A DNA stretch of 64,000 bases from an uncultured Chloroflexia bacterium (GTDB lineage Bacteria > Chloroflexota > Limnocylindria > Limnocylindrales > CSP1-4). The stretch lies in NCBI GenBank assembly GCA_963705215.1, contig CAVPJI010000014.1:10913-74912 (forward strand). The letters are read 5' to 3'. Below are positions 26,831 to 36,869 of this stretch, piece after piece. The translations under genes and the position numbers were made by a program. The first letter of the stretch is position 1. Each line of letters opens with the position of its first letter. The notes beneath the pieces are model-generated. The model saw only the letters and a program-made list of their open reading frames with translations. It ran no database searches and had not been told where the DNA came from.

Positions 26831-29599
26831 CTACGCCGCGGCGGCGACCGGAGCCGCCTGGGTCGCGGCCGCCTCGTCACCGAGACGGACCTTGAGGAGC
26901 TTGCGTGCTTCCTCGGCCACGATGAGCGACAGCGGGACGACGAGGCACACGGCCCACTGTTCGACCGACAGGCTGGCGGTCCCGAGGAGCCGCTGGAGGA
27001 AGCCGAGCTCGGTCGCCAGGATGATCGTCAGCACCGACAGGCCCGTCGCCACCAGCAGCGGCTTGTTCGCGAGGATGGACCCGCCGAAGAGCGACTCGTC
27101 CTGGTCCGCGGTCTCCAGGGAGGAGAAGAGACGGAAGAGCGAGAAGGTGGTGATGCCCATCGTGCGGGCGACCACGTCGCCGTAGCTCTCGTTGGCCCAG
27201 GCCAGCACCCCGAGCGTGCCCGCGGCCATGACGAGCCCCATGAACACGAGCCAGGTCATCAGGCGCCGCGGGATGATCCTCTGCTCCTTCGGCCGCGGCG
27301 GGACCTTCATGAGGCCCTCCCGCGGCTTGCCGTAGCCGAGGCCGATCGCCTGGAAGACGTTCACGGTGAAGTTGAGCCACATCGTCTGGAGCGGGAGGAA
27401 CGGGATCCCGCCCAGGATGTTGAGGAGCGCAGACCCGAGGAACGTCGCGATGTACCCGAACAGGCCCGCCATCTGGAAGCGGATGAACCGCAGCAGGTTG
27501 TCGTAGACGGCGCGCCCGAGGCCGACCGCCTTCACGATCGTGGCGTAGTTGTCGTCCGTGAGGATCATCACGGCAGCCTGCTTGGAGACCTCGGTCCCGG
27601 TGATCCCCATCGCGATGCCGATGTCTGCCTTCTTGAGCGCCGGCGCGTCGTTCACGCCGTCGCCGGTCATCCCGACGACATGGCCCTTCTTGCGCAGGAT
27701 GTCCACGAGGTGGACCTTGTCCTCGGGGGAGACGCGGGCGATGACGCCGATCCCGTCGATCTGGCGCATGGCCTCTTCATCGCTCATCGCGCGGAACTCG
27801 GCGCCGGTGATCGCGCGGCCCTCGATGCCGATCTGGTGGGCGATCGCGCCCGCCGTGACCGCGTGGTCGCCGGTGATCATCCGGACCTGGATCCCGGCCG
27901 CCTGGGCCTGGGCGATGGCGTCCTTCGCGGCTGGCCGCGGCGGATCCACGATCCCCACCATGGCGAGGAGCGTCAGCCCATCGATGGCGGGCAGCAGGTC
28001 CGCGTCCGGGTCGAACGTGGCCGGGTCGAAGTCCTTCTGGCCGGTCGCCATGACCCGGAGGCCCTGGGTGCCGAGGCGCTCGTTCTCGGTCATGTAGCCA
28101 TCGCGGATGTCGGCGATCGCGACGGGGCTGCCGTCGGGGCCGTGGGCGTCCTTCGCCCGGGCGAGAAGCTGGTCCGGCGCCCCCTTGATGTAGCCCCGGA
28201 TGACGTCCTTGCCGGCCTCGTCCTTCATCGCGTGGAACGTGGCCATCATCTTGTAGGCCGCGTCGAATGGCAGCGTCGCCACGCGGGGGTAGCGCTCGCG
28301 GGTGAGGGCCGGGTCGACGCCGCCCTTGGCCGCGAGGACCACGAGCGCGCCTTCGGTGGGGTCGCCGACGAGCCCGCCGTCCCGCACCTCGGCGTCCGCG
28401 CACAGGGCCATCGGCAGCAGGTACTGCTCCAATGAGACATCCGGCTGGCCGGCGGCGTGGGCGATCTGCCCGATCGTCGAGTAGCCGTCGCCGGAGATCG
28501 AGTAGCGGCGCCCGACGACCGCCATCTGGGTGGCGGTCATCTGGTTGAGGGTGAGGGTGCCGGTCTTGTCGGAGTTGAGCGCCGAGGTGGAGCCCAGCGT
28601 CTCCACCGAGCGGAGGCGCTTCATGATCGCGCCGGCATCGGCCAGCTGCTGGGAGCCCTTGGACAGGATGGCCGTCGTCACGGCCGGGAGCGCCGTGGGG
28701 ATGGCCGCCACCGCGAACGCCACCGCGCTGAGGAACAGCTCCTGGATCTGGACGCCGCGGTAGAGGCCGAGCGCCGTGGAGACCACGAGCGCGAGGCCGG
28801 CGATCACCAGGATCTGGTTCGTCAGCGCGTCCAGCTGCTTCGTCAGCGGGGTCTTCTCGACCTCCGTGGCCTGCAGCATGCCGCTGATGTGGCCGACCTC
28901 GGTCGCCATCCCGGTGGTCACGACGAGCACGGTGCCCGCCCCTCGGGTGACCTGGCAGTTCATGAACGCCATGTCGACGCGGTCCCCGAGGGCGGCGTCG
29001 GCGGCGACCGCGTCCGCCGACTTGGGCGTGGGGACGCTCTCCCCCGTCAGGGCAGACTCGTCGATCTCGAGAGTGGCCGCGGTCAGGATGCGCGCATCCG
29101 CCGGGACGAGATCACCGGCCTCGATGTTCACGATGTCGCCCGGGACGAGCTGGTCCATCGGGATCTCGACGAGGTTGCCGTCCCGCCGGGCTTTCGCCTT
29201 GACGACCATCATCCCTTGCAGGGCCGACGCGCTCGCCTCCGCCTTGCCCTCCTGGTTCATGGCCATCCACGCGTTGAAGACGGTCAGCAGGATCAGGAAG
29301 ACGCCGGTGTAGAACTGGCCGGGCAGGAAGAGGCAGACGATGCCCGCGACGAGGAGCACGAGCTGCATCGGATCCGCGTACTGGCGCGTGAACGCCTGCA
29401 GGCGGGAAACCTTCTTGGCCTCGGCGAACGTGTTCGGGCCGACCTTCGCGCGCCGCGCATCGGCCTCGGCCGAGGTCAGGCCGCCGTCGATGGTGACCTC
29501 CTGGGCCGCGAGAGCGGCATCCGGGCTGAGGGCGTGCCACGCAGGGGAGGCCAGCGTGGCCGGTGTGGGTCCGGCTGGCGTGCCGGTCTGCGAAGTCAT
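26831..29599 (-). CDS. P-type ATPase, P2A-like scaffold with atypical membrane site
   Basis: LTGES, DKTGTLT, KGAP, DPPR, MITGD and GDGVNDAP all intact; M4 reads AIPTALP. Confidence 0.92.
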   Translation of the reverse strand: MTSQTGTPAGPTPATLASPAWHALSPDAALAAQEVTIDGGLTSAEADARRAKVGPNTFAEAKKVSRLQAFTRQYADPMQLVLLVAGIVCLFLPGQFYTGVFLILLTVFNAWMAMNQEGKAEASASALQGMMVVKAKARRDGNLVEIPMDQLVPGDIVNIEAGDLVPADARILTAATLEIDESALTGESVPTPKSADAVAADAALGDRVDMAFMNCQVTRGAGTVLVVTTGMATEVGHISGMLQATEVEKTPLTKQLDALTNQILVIAGLALVVSTALGLYRGVQIQELFLSAVAFAVAAIPTALPAVTTAILSKGSQQLADAGAIMKRLRSVETLGSTSALNSDKTGTLTLNQMTATQMAVVGRRYSISGDGYSTIGQIAHAAGQPDVSLEQYLLPMALCADAEVRDGGLVGDPTEGALVVLAAKGGVDPALTRERYPRVATLPFDAAYKMMATFHAMKDEAGKDVIRGYIKGAPDQLLARAKDAHGPDGSPVAIADIRDGYMTENERLGTQGLRVMATGQKDFDPATFDPDADLLPAIDGLTLLAMVGIVDPPRPAAKDAIAQAQAAGIQVRMITGDHAVTAGAIAHQIGIEGRAITGAEFRAMSDEEAMRQIDGIGVIARVSPEDKVHLVDILRKKGHVVGMTGDGVNDAPALKKADIGIAMGITGTEVSKQAAVMILTDDNYATIVKAVGLGRAVYDNLLRFIRFQMAGLFGYIATFLGSALLNILGGIPFLPLQTMWLNFTVNVFQAIGLGYGKPREGLMKVPPRPKEQRIIPRRLMTWLVFMGLVMAAGTLGVLAWANESYGDVVARTMGITTFSLFRLFSSLETADQDESLFGGSILANKPLLVATGLSVLTIILATELGFLQRLLGTASLSVEQWAVCLVVPLSLIVAEEARKLLKVRLGDEAAATQAAPVAAAA

Positions 29600-30588
29600 G
29601 CCTTCTTCCCTTTCCCGGCCTTCTTCTCGGCCTTCTTGCCCGCGGCCTCGGCCGCCGTCGCGATCTCGATCGGGTCGGGCTCAGCTCCCGGCGGCGCCTG
29701 GCCCTCGAGCTCGACCTTGGCGGCCTGGAGAGCCGCGCGTGCCTCCGGGCTCACCTTCGGGAACCTGGGGTCGATCTCGATCAGCGTGTGGGCGATGACG
29801 CCGGCGGCGGCGACTCGCGCGAACGGCTTGTCGTCGGCCGGGATGACGTACCAGGGAGCCCACGACGTGCTCGTCTTCGACAGCACGTCCGCGAACGCCT
29901 TCTGGTAGTCGTCCCAATAGGCGCGCTCCTTCACGTCGCTGGCGCTGAACTTCCAGTTCTTGTCCGGCTCGTCGATCCGGGCGAGGAACCGGCGGCGTTG
30001 CTCCTCCTTGCTCACGTTGAGGAAGAGCTTGACGATCCGGAAGCCCTGGTCGGTGAGGTAGCGCTCCCAGTCGTTGATCTCGCGGAAGCGGCGATTCCAG
30101 ACGTCGCCCCGCTTGGACGAGGGCGGCAACTTCTGGCCGGCAAGGATCTGCGGGTGGACCCGGACGACGAGGACCTCCTCGTAGTAGCTGCGGTTGAAGA
30201 TCCCGATGTTGCCGCGCTCCGGCAGCTTCTTCGCGTAGCGCCAGAGGTAGTCGTGGTCGAGGTCCTCGGGCGACGGGACCTTGAAGCTGCTGACCTGGAC
30301 GCCCTGCGGGTTGACCCCGCTCATGACGTGCCCGATCGTGCCGTCCTTGCCGGCCGCGTCCATCGCCTGGAAGACGACGAGAAGGCCATACGTGTCCTGG
30401 GCGGCCAGCCGCGTCTGGTAGTCCGCGAGGAGGTCGACCACGGCGGCAAGGATCTCCCTGGCCTCGGCCTTGGACTGCTTCCTCGTGCCGGCCGGATCGA
30501 AGTCGCGCGGCAGGCGGACCCGCCGCCCGGGCTCTACGCGGAATGGCTGGATGAACTCCTCGATCCGCTTGGGTCTGAGGTCGGCCAT
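29596..30588 (-). CDS. ppk2: Polyphosphate:nucleotide phosphotransferase, PPK2 class III-like
   Basis: FQAMDAAGKDG, SFKVPS, FNRSYYEEVLVVRVH, KNWKFS; ATGA overlap with the ATPase. Confidence 0.92.
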   Translation of the reverse strand: MADLRPKRIEEFIQPFRVEPGRRVRLPRDFDPAGTRKQSKAEAREILAAVVDLLADYQTRLAAQDTYGLLVVFQAMDAAGKDGTIGHVMSGVNPQGVQVSSFKVPSPEDLDHDYLWRYAKKLPERGNIGIFNRSYYEEVLVVRVHPQILAGQKLPPSSKRGDVWNRRFREINDWERYLTDQGFRIVKLFLNVSKEEQRRRFLARIDEPDKNWKFSASDVKERAYWDDYQKAFADVLSKTSTSWAPWYVIPADDKPFARVAAAGVIAHTLIEIDPRFPKVSPEARAALQAAKVELEGQAPPGAEPDPIEIATAAEAAGKKAEKKAGKGKKA

Positions 30589-30685
30589 TGGGATGCCCCC
30601 GCTTGAAGCGTCGTGGCCTGATGGGTGCAGGAAAGCACGACGGAGATCTCGCGCGGCAGTCAATCACGGATTGGCGCCGCGCACC

Positions 30686-30702
30686 TCGTCCAAGTCGGAG
30701 GA
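30686..30702. promoter_or_regulatory. Candidate LuxR/MalT-type box
   Basis: TCGTCCAAGTCGGAGGA about 100 bp upstream of ppk2; similar 17-mers at 32590 and 33429. Confidence 0.45.
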
Positions 30703-30761
30703 TAGTCGGTCGCGATCGGTCGGTGCCGGACCAGCCCCGCAACACGCGCAGGGCGGTCCCG

Positions 30762-32372
30762 TCACGCGTCCCCGGTATCGTCCGCGGGCTCCGGCTCGGG
30801 CACGAGCGCCCCGTGGGGGAGGTCCTTGGTGAACGCGAGGGAGGCGAAGGCGATCAGCGCCGCGGCCAACAGGCCGGCCTTGAGCGACCGGAGCTGGGCC
30901 TCCTCGTAGTCGTCCACGAGCGCCTGGGTCGTGGCCTCGTCGAGCCCGGCCGCCCGCGCGGCAGCCTCGATATCGGCCGAAGCGACGAAGTCGATCCCGG
31001 ACCCGGCGGCGACACTCACCTGGGCTGCGACCTCGGCGCTGATTCGCTCGTCCGACTCGATCTTCGTCACGAACGTGCCGGTCAAACCGGCCAGCACGAT
31101 CGCCCCGATGAGGGCAACGCCGAGCGAGGAGCCGAGCTGCTGCCCCGTGTACTGGAGACCGCCTGCCTCACCCCGGCCCGAGGCGTCGACCGACGACTGG
31201 ACCACGAGGCCGAGCTGGGACGCGATGAGCCCCATCCCCACGCCGAGGACGGCCATCGACAGCGCGAAGGCCAGGTCCGCGAGGTCGGGCCGGATGGTGG
31301 CGAGCAGGGCGATCGCGGCCAGGCCGGTCAGTGCCAGGCCGGCCCGGGTGATCGACCGCACGGGGTAACGGACCGACAGGCGCGACCCGGCCGCGGCGGC
31401 GACGAACATCGCGATCGAGGCGGGCAGCATCTTGATCCCCGTCTGGAGCGCATCGAGGCCCAGGACGAGCTGCAGGTACAGGGGGATCGTGAAGAAGATG
31501 CCCATGAGGATCAGGTTCTGGGAGAAGAGGCCGATCAGGCCCGACCGCAGCGGCAGGATCTTCAGGAGGTCGAGGTGGACGAGCGGGTCGTTCCCGGTGG
31601 CCTCGCGGTGGCGCTGCCAGGCCACGAAGGCCCAGAGCAGCGCGGCGCCGGCGGCGATGACGAAGGGGGTCAGGGCGAGGCCGAACGGCTCGATGGGCGA
31701 ATCCTTCGGCTCGATCAGTCCCCAGGTGGTCGACTGGAGCACGCCCAGGACGACCGCGCCGAGACCGGTGGCGGCCAGGACGGAGCCGACGACATCCAGG
31801 CGCGGCTTCGGGCCGGTCCGGACGGCGTCGGCGACGAAGCGGGTCATGGCGAGGATGCCGATCACGATGACGACCTCGCCCAGGAAGACCACCCGCCATG
31901 ACAGCTCCGTGGTGGCCCACCCGCCCACGATGGGACCGATGGCGATCCCCGCGCCTGCCACGCCGCCGATCACCGCGTAGGCGACCTTGCGCTCCTTGCC
32001 CTCGAAGTTGCCCGCGATCAGAGCCGCCATCGCGGGCAGCACCAGGGCCGCCCCGATCCCCTCGAGGATCGACCATCCCAGGGTCAGCTGCGCCACCGTC
32101 TGCGACACGGCAGTCAGGCCCGAGCCGCAGGCGTAGATGACGAGGCCGATCACGAAGGCCCGTCGCCGGCCGATGATGTCGCCGATCTTGCCGCCCGTGA
32201 GCATCAGCATGGCCATCACCAGGCAGTAGAGGGTGATGACCGCCTGGATCGTGGTGACCGTCGTCTCGAAGTCGGCGACCAGCTGGCTGATCGAGACGTT
32301 CATGACCGACTGGTCCAGGACCATGATGAACTGGGCACCTGCGAGCGCGACCAGCGGCCACCGACGCTTCAT
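30762..32372 (-). CDS. MFS transporter (DHA2/EmrB-like, 14 TM)
   Basis: AQFIMVLDQSVMNVSI, GGKIGDIIGRRR, GPIVGG. Confidence 0.9.
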   Translation of the reverse strand: MKRRWPLVALAGAQFIMVLDQSVMNVSISQLVADFETTVTTIQAVITLYCLVMAMLMLTGGKIGDIIGRRRAFVIGLVIYACGSGLTAVSQTVAQLTLGWSILEGIGAALVLPAMAALIAGNFEGKERKVAYAVIGGVAGAGIAIGPIVGGWATTELSWRVVFLGEVVIVIGILAMTRFVADAVRTGPKPRLDVVGSVLAATGLGAVVLGVLQSTTWGLIEPKDSPIEPFGLALTPFVIAAGAALLWAFVAWQRHREATGNDPLVHLDLLKILPLRSGLIGLFSQNLILMGIFFTIPLYLQLVLGLDALQTGIKMLPASIAMFVAAAAGSRLSVRYPVRSITRAGLALTGLAAIALLATIRPDLADLAFALSMAVLGVGMGLIASQLGLVVQSSVDASGRGEAGGLQYTGQQLGSSLGVALIGAIVLAGLTGTFVTKIESDERISAEVAAQVSVAAGSGIDFVASADIEAAARAAGLDEATTQALVDDYEEAQLRSLKAGLLAAALIAFASLAFTKDLPHGALVPEPEPADDTGDA

Positions 32373-32589
32373 CGACCCTGCCTCTCGTGTGTCAGACCAC
32401 GCATCCGGCGGGGCGATACTCCCATAGGCGGGCCCGCGCCGCGAGGCCGAGCCGCGCCCGCGCCAACGCCGGGGTGGACGAACAAACGCCACCGTCCGAG
32501 CGCGACCTGGGGGTTCGCCAGCGCCCTCCGCCCCTCTGGGCCACAATGGCCGCGCGCCCGAGGACCTCGCCACCGGTCGAGCAGGATCT

Positions 32590-32606
32590 TCGCTCGAACC
32601 GGACGA
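32590..32606. promoter_or_regulatory. Candidate LuxR/MalT-type box
   Basis: TCGCTCGAACCGGACGA upstream of the DUF1269 gene, in the divergent region. Confidence 0.4.
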
Positions 32607-32657
32607 GAGACCCACCGCAGGTCCTGGCCGGCGCTGCACGGACGGGAGAATCCATCC

Positions 32658-33275
32658 ATGACGGACGAGAAGACCACCCCGGCGGATGACGTCGTCGTCG
32701 TCGTTGCCGGGCAGATCGCGGATGACCAGGGCGTGCTTGCCGAAGCGGCGATCGCGGCCCAGGGCGACCAGGCCCTGATCGTGGCCCGGTTCGCCGACAC
32801 CGAGACTGCCATGGCGATCTACGACGTGCTGATCGAAGCGGAGATCTCCGGCGATCTCGACATCGACGGCGTGCTGGTGGCCAAGGCCGACGAGGGCGGC
32901 CGGATCCACATCCAGAAGATGACCGAGCACAGCACCCGCAAGGGCCTCAAGTGGGGGATCGTGGGCGGCGTGGTCGCCGGGATCTTCCTGCCCGCGACGA
33001 TCATCGGCGGCGCGGTCGCCCTCGGCGTGGCCGGGGCCGCGGCGGGCAAGGCCCGCAACCTCTACCACAGGGTCGAGGTCGAGAAGGCGCTGACGGACGT
33101 CATCACCCCGGGCACGTCGGGCATCCTCTGCCTCGTCTCGGCGCCGGCCGCAGCGACGATCGCGAAGAAGATGCCGGAGGCCCAGGAGATCAAGACCGTC
33201 CCGGTCGACGCCGAGACCGCCGGCGCGATCAAGGCCGCAGCTGCCGCCGCCGACGCGGGGGCGCCCAGCGCCTGA
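32658..33275 (+). CDS. DUF1269-like membrane-associated protein
   Basis: DGVLVAKADEGGRIHIQK...GLKWGIVGGVVAGIFLP...PGTSGI. Confidence 0.7.
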   Translation: MTDEKTTPADDVVVVVAGQIADDQGVLAEAAIAAQGDQALIVARFADTETAMAIYDVLIEAEISGDLDIDGVLVAKADEGGRIHIQKMTEHSTRKGLKWGIVGGVVAGIFLPATIIGGAVALGVAGAAAGKARNLYHRVEVEKALTDVITPGTSGILCLVSAPAAATIAKKMPEAQEIKTVPVDAETAGAIKAAAAAADAGAPSA

Positions 33276-33344
33276 TCCGGGTTTCGCGCGGCCAGGCCGA
33301 CAACCGAGGGGAATCGGCCGTCGCTGCGGGTGCCCGAGGTCTTC

Positions 33345-33383
33345 ACGCCCGCCGCCCCGACGACCGGGGCGGCGGGCGTTTCT
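33345..33383 (+). terminator. Rho-independent terminator
   Basis: ACGCCCGCCGCCCCG-acgac-CGGGGCGGCGGGCGT perfect 15-bp stem followed by TTCT. Confidence 0.75.
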
Positions 33384-33428
33384 ACGTGCGACGGCCGATA
33401 ACCCATGCAGCGCCCGCGTGAGACGGCG

Positions 33429-33445
33429 TCATCCCAACGAGATGA
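33429..33445. promoter_or_regulatory. Candidate LuxR/MalT-type box
   Basis: TCATCCCAACGAGATGA, 70 bp upstream of the CMD-like gene. Confidence 0.5.
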
Positions 33446-33514
33446 TGCGAGGCGCCCTGCCCCGGGCTTGAATGGAGCGGTCCAGGCGCAGGGAAGCACG
33501 ACCGGAGGTCGGCG

Positions 33515-33943
33515 ATGAGCGGCAGCACGGGCCCATCCACCCGAGCGGCATTCCGTCGCCTGACGCTGGGCGACACGGCGCTCATCGCGGCGATGGCCGA
33601 CCCGGGGGTCCGCGAGCCGAGCGTCCATCACCTCGACCCGTGGACCGAGGCCCTGGTGAGGATCGGCGTGCTGGTCGCGCTCGACGCCCCGCCGTCGTCC
33701 TTCCGGAGCGCCGTCGATGCGGCCCAGATGGCCGGGGCTCAGCTCGACGACCTGCTGGCCGTGCTCACGGCTGTCGCCGGGCCTGTCGGTTCCGCGCGGG
33801 TCATCTCGACCGCACCGCGAATCGCGCTGGCCGCCGGCTACGACGTCGAAGCGGCGCTGGAGCAGGTGCGCTCACCGGACGACGACGGGGATCCGCCCGC
33901 CGGCCCGGCCGGGGACGCGGACGGAGGCGCCGGCCCGCGGTAG
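33515..33943 (+). CDS. Carboxymuconolactone decarboxylase (AhpD)-like protein, no CxxC
   Basis: LDPWTEALVRIGVLVALDA...AGAQLDDLLAVLTAVAGPVGSARV...LAAGYD. Confidence 0.7.
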   Translation: MSGSTGPSTRAAFRRLTLGDTALIAAMADPGVREPSVHHLDPWTEALVRIGVLVALDAPPSSFRSAVDAAQMAGAQLDDLLAVLTAVAGPVGSARVISTAPRIALAAGYDVEAALEQVRSPDDDGDPPAGPAGDADGGAGPR

Positions 33944-34114
33944 CACCCGAGCCGCGATCATCGGGGCGTGCGGCATCGCCCGGATCCCCGAGCTCCTGCG
34001 GCGCTTCGTCGCGGCGCTCCGCCCTGCGTCGAGTCGCGTGCTGGATAGCCCGGTGGACCTCATGCTAGGGTGTTGGCGGCCCGATTCCGGGTCATCACCG
34101 CACACGAGGGCTTG

Positions 34115-36438
34115 ATGGCGGTCGCCGAAGACGATCCCCGACGCCGGGCCACGGAAGCGGCGGGCAAGGCAGCTGACCGTCCTCGCTTCCTCCCGCCGGT
34201 CCCGCTGGTGGAAGCCAAGCTTGTGCCGCCCGCGCCTCGTGCCGGGATCATCGAGCGAACGCGGCTCATCCGTCTCCTGACCGCCGAGCCGGCCGCGTCG
34301 ATCGTCTCGATCGTGGCCCCGCCGGGGTACGGGAAGACCCTGCTCCTCGCCGACTGGGCAGCACGAGAGCCCCGACCCGTGGCCTGGCTGACGCTCGACG
34401 ACCACGACAACGACCCCGCCGTCTTCCTGTCGTACCTCGCCGCGGCCTTCGACCGGATCGAGCCGATTGACAGCTCCATCATGTCAGCGATCGTGGCCCC
34501 CAGGCGACGGATCCTCTCGACGGCGGTCCCGCGTCTCGCGTTCGAGCTCCACCGCTGGGGCCGGCCGGCCCTGATCGTCCTCGACGATGTCCACCGACTG
34601 GTCGATCGAACCTGCCTCGAGGCCCTGGCCGAGCTCCTGGACCACCTGCCTCCCGGGCTCCGGGTCGCGCTGGCGGCACGGACCGTGCCGGGCCTGCCCT
34701 TCGGGCGCATCCGGGCGGATGGCAACCTGCTCGAGATCGGCACGAGCCTGCTGGCCCTGGACGAGACCGAGACCGAAGCGCTGACGGCGGCGATCGGCCA
34801 CAAGCTGACCGCCAGATGAGGTCCGGGAGCTGGCCGACCGGACCGAAGGCTGGGCGGCCGGGGTCTACCTGGCTGCCCTGGCCCGGGATCACGGAGACCA
34901 GGGTGACGCACCGATGGGTGACCTCTCCGGCCGGGAGCGCTTCATCGCCGATTACTTCCGCTCGGAGCTCCTCCGGACCCTGCAAGGCGATGACGGCACG
35001 TTCCTGACCCGAACGTCGATCCTGGAGAGGGTGGAGCCCGAGGTCGCGCAGGCGGTCGCCGGACTGCCTGGCGCCTCGGAGCGACTCCGGTCGCTCGCGC
35101 ACGCGAACCTCTTCGTCGAGCCGGCCGGCAGCGCGCAGGAGTCGTACCGCTACCACCACCTGCTCCGGGACTTCCTCGGGGCGGAGCTGGAACGACGAGA
35201 GCCGGGCACCACGAGCGGGCTCCACCGCCGGGCTTCCGCCTGGTATGCCGCCAACGGCCCCATCGATCTCGCGATCAGGCATGCGAACGCCGGCGGCGAT
35301 GTCGACGATGCCGCGCGTCTCGTCACGGCCGCCACCCTGCCGACCTACTACGGCGGCCGCACGGCCACGCTGGAACGATGGCTCGAGGGCTTCGACGAGG
35401 CCGTCTTCGAGCGGCAGCCGGCGCTGGCCGTCATGGCCGGCTGGGTCCACATCCTCAACGGGCGGGCGGATGAGGCCGATCGCATGGCGGACATCGCGGA
35501 GCGTTCGACGTTCGTCGGCCGCTCGGACGATGGCGCGGCGTCGTTCGCGTCGTCGAGGTCGATGCTTCGGGCCATCATGGGCCGGCGCGGACCGGAGGAT
35601 GCGCTGGCGAATGCGGCCTTCGCCGTCTCCCACGAAGCGCCGGGGAGTCGCTGGCGAGGCGTGGCGCTCTTCCTCCTGGGGTCTGCCCACCTGCAGCGCG
35701 GGGACGTGGATGCGGCCGACGCGGCGTTCCGGGACTCCGCGGCCGCGGCACCTGCGGTGGGCGGGGCATCTCCGATCGCCGCGGCGAAACGATCCTCCAT
35801 CGCGATTGGGAGAGGCGACTGGAAGGCGGCGGAGACGCTGGCCCGGGAGAGCCGGAAGATCCTCACCGGTGCCCACCTGGAGGAGCTCGCCTCCGCAGTC
35901 GTCGTGTACGCCGTCGGCGCGCGGGTCGCCTTCCATCTCGGCGACGTCGCAGGCGGGCGGGCGGACCTGGTTCGCGCCCAGGTCGTGCGCCCGCTGGCGT
36001 CGCATGCGGCGCCGGGATACTCGGTCGATGCCCTCCTCGAGCTGGCGCGGGCCTACCTGGCCACCTCCGACGTGGCAGGCGCCCGGAGCGTCGTCCGGGA
36101 GGCCGAGGAGATCGTCCACCGGCGCCCCGCCCTCGGGGTCCTCGTGACGGAGCTCGCGGAGATCCGGCGACAGCTCGGAGATGCCGCCTCCACCCTCGCC
36201 GGATCATCGTCGCTTGACCGCCGCCGAGCTGCGGTTGCTGCCGATCCTGCCCACGTACCTCTCGTTCCAGGAGATCGCCGACGGCCTGTCCCTCTCGCGG
36301 AACACGGTGAAGACGCAGGCCCTCTCGATCTACGGGAAGCTCCAGGCGTCGTCGCGCGGCGAGGCGGTCGAGCGAGCGGTCGAGCTCGGGCTCCTGGAGC
36401 CGTTCCCCGTCGTGGAGGCCATCCGCCGGGCCCGCTGA
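34115..36438 (+). CDS. MalT-like LuxR family STAND regulator; two +1 frameshifts near 34812 and 36214 (probable sequencing errors)
   Basis: APPGYGKT, WLTLDDHDND, LIVLDDVH; after the first shift RTEGWAAG and YRYHHL; after the second shift LTAAELRLL...SFQEIADGLSLSRNTVKTQ..SIYGKL (LuxR HTH). Confidence 0.85.
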
Positions 36439-36564
36439 GGCAGCTCGGGCGGGCGGCGCCGTGGGGGCGCCCTGCGATACTCCCGGCACGGGCAACGGAC
36501 CGGAAGCCGTTGCCGCGGACCCTCACCTGCGTCAGCGGCGGCCGGGCCATGGGGCGTGTCGGCA

Positions 36565-36600
36565 CGCATCAATGCATCACAGAGATGATGCTATGATGCG
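36565..36600 (+). promoter_or_regulatory. Double-box operator and -10 element of vapBC
   Basis: CGCATCA-AT-GCATCA-CAGAGA-TGATGC-TA-TGATGCG; TATGAT at 36592-36597, ATG at 36604. Confidence 0.7.
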
Positions 36601-36603
36601 CCC

Positions 36604-36858
36604 ATGCGAACCACCATCACGCTCGAGCAGGACACGGACGCCGTCGTCCGCCGCCTCATGCGCGAGCGTGGCCTCACCTTCAAGCAGGCCGTGAACGAGG
36701 CGATCCGGGCCGGAGCAGCGCAGCCCGGCCGTCGCCGCGCCTTCCGGACGCCGACGTTCGAGATGGGGACGCCGATCGTCCCGCTGGAGAAGGCGCTCCG
36801 TCTTGCCGGCGAGCTCGAGGACGAGGAGCTGCTGCGCAAGCTCGCGGCCCGCCGGTAG
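36604..36858 (+). CDS. vapB: VapB antitoxin (mycobacterial-type RHH)
   Basis: MRTTITLEQD...MRERGLTFKQAVNEAIRAG...KALRLAGELEDEEL. Confidence 0.88.
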   Translation: MRTTITLEQDTDAVVRRLMRERGLTFKQAVNEAIRAGAAQPGRRRAFRTPTFEMGTPIVPLEKALRLAGELEDEELLRKLAARR

Positions 36859-36869
36859 GGTCGGACGCC

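Noticed and set aside
34805-36220. Programmed frameshifting in the LuxR gene
   Set aside because: No slippery sequence or stimulator, and similar lone indels occur in unrelated genes.
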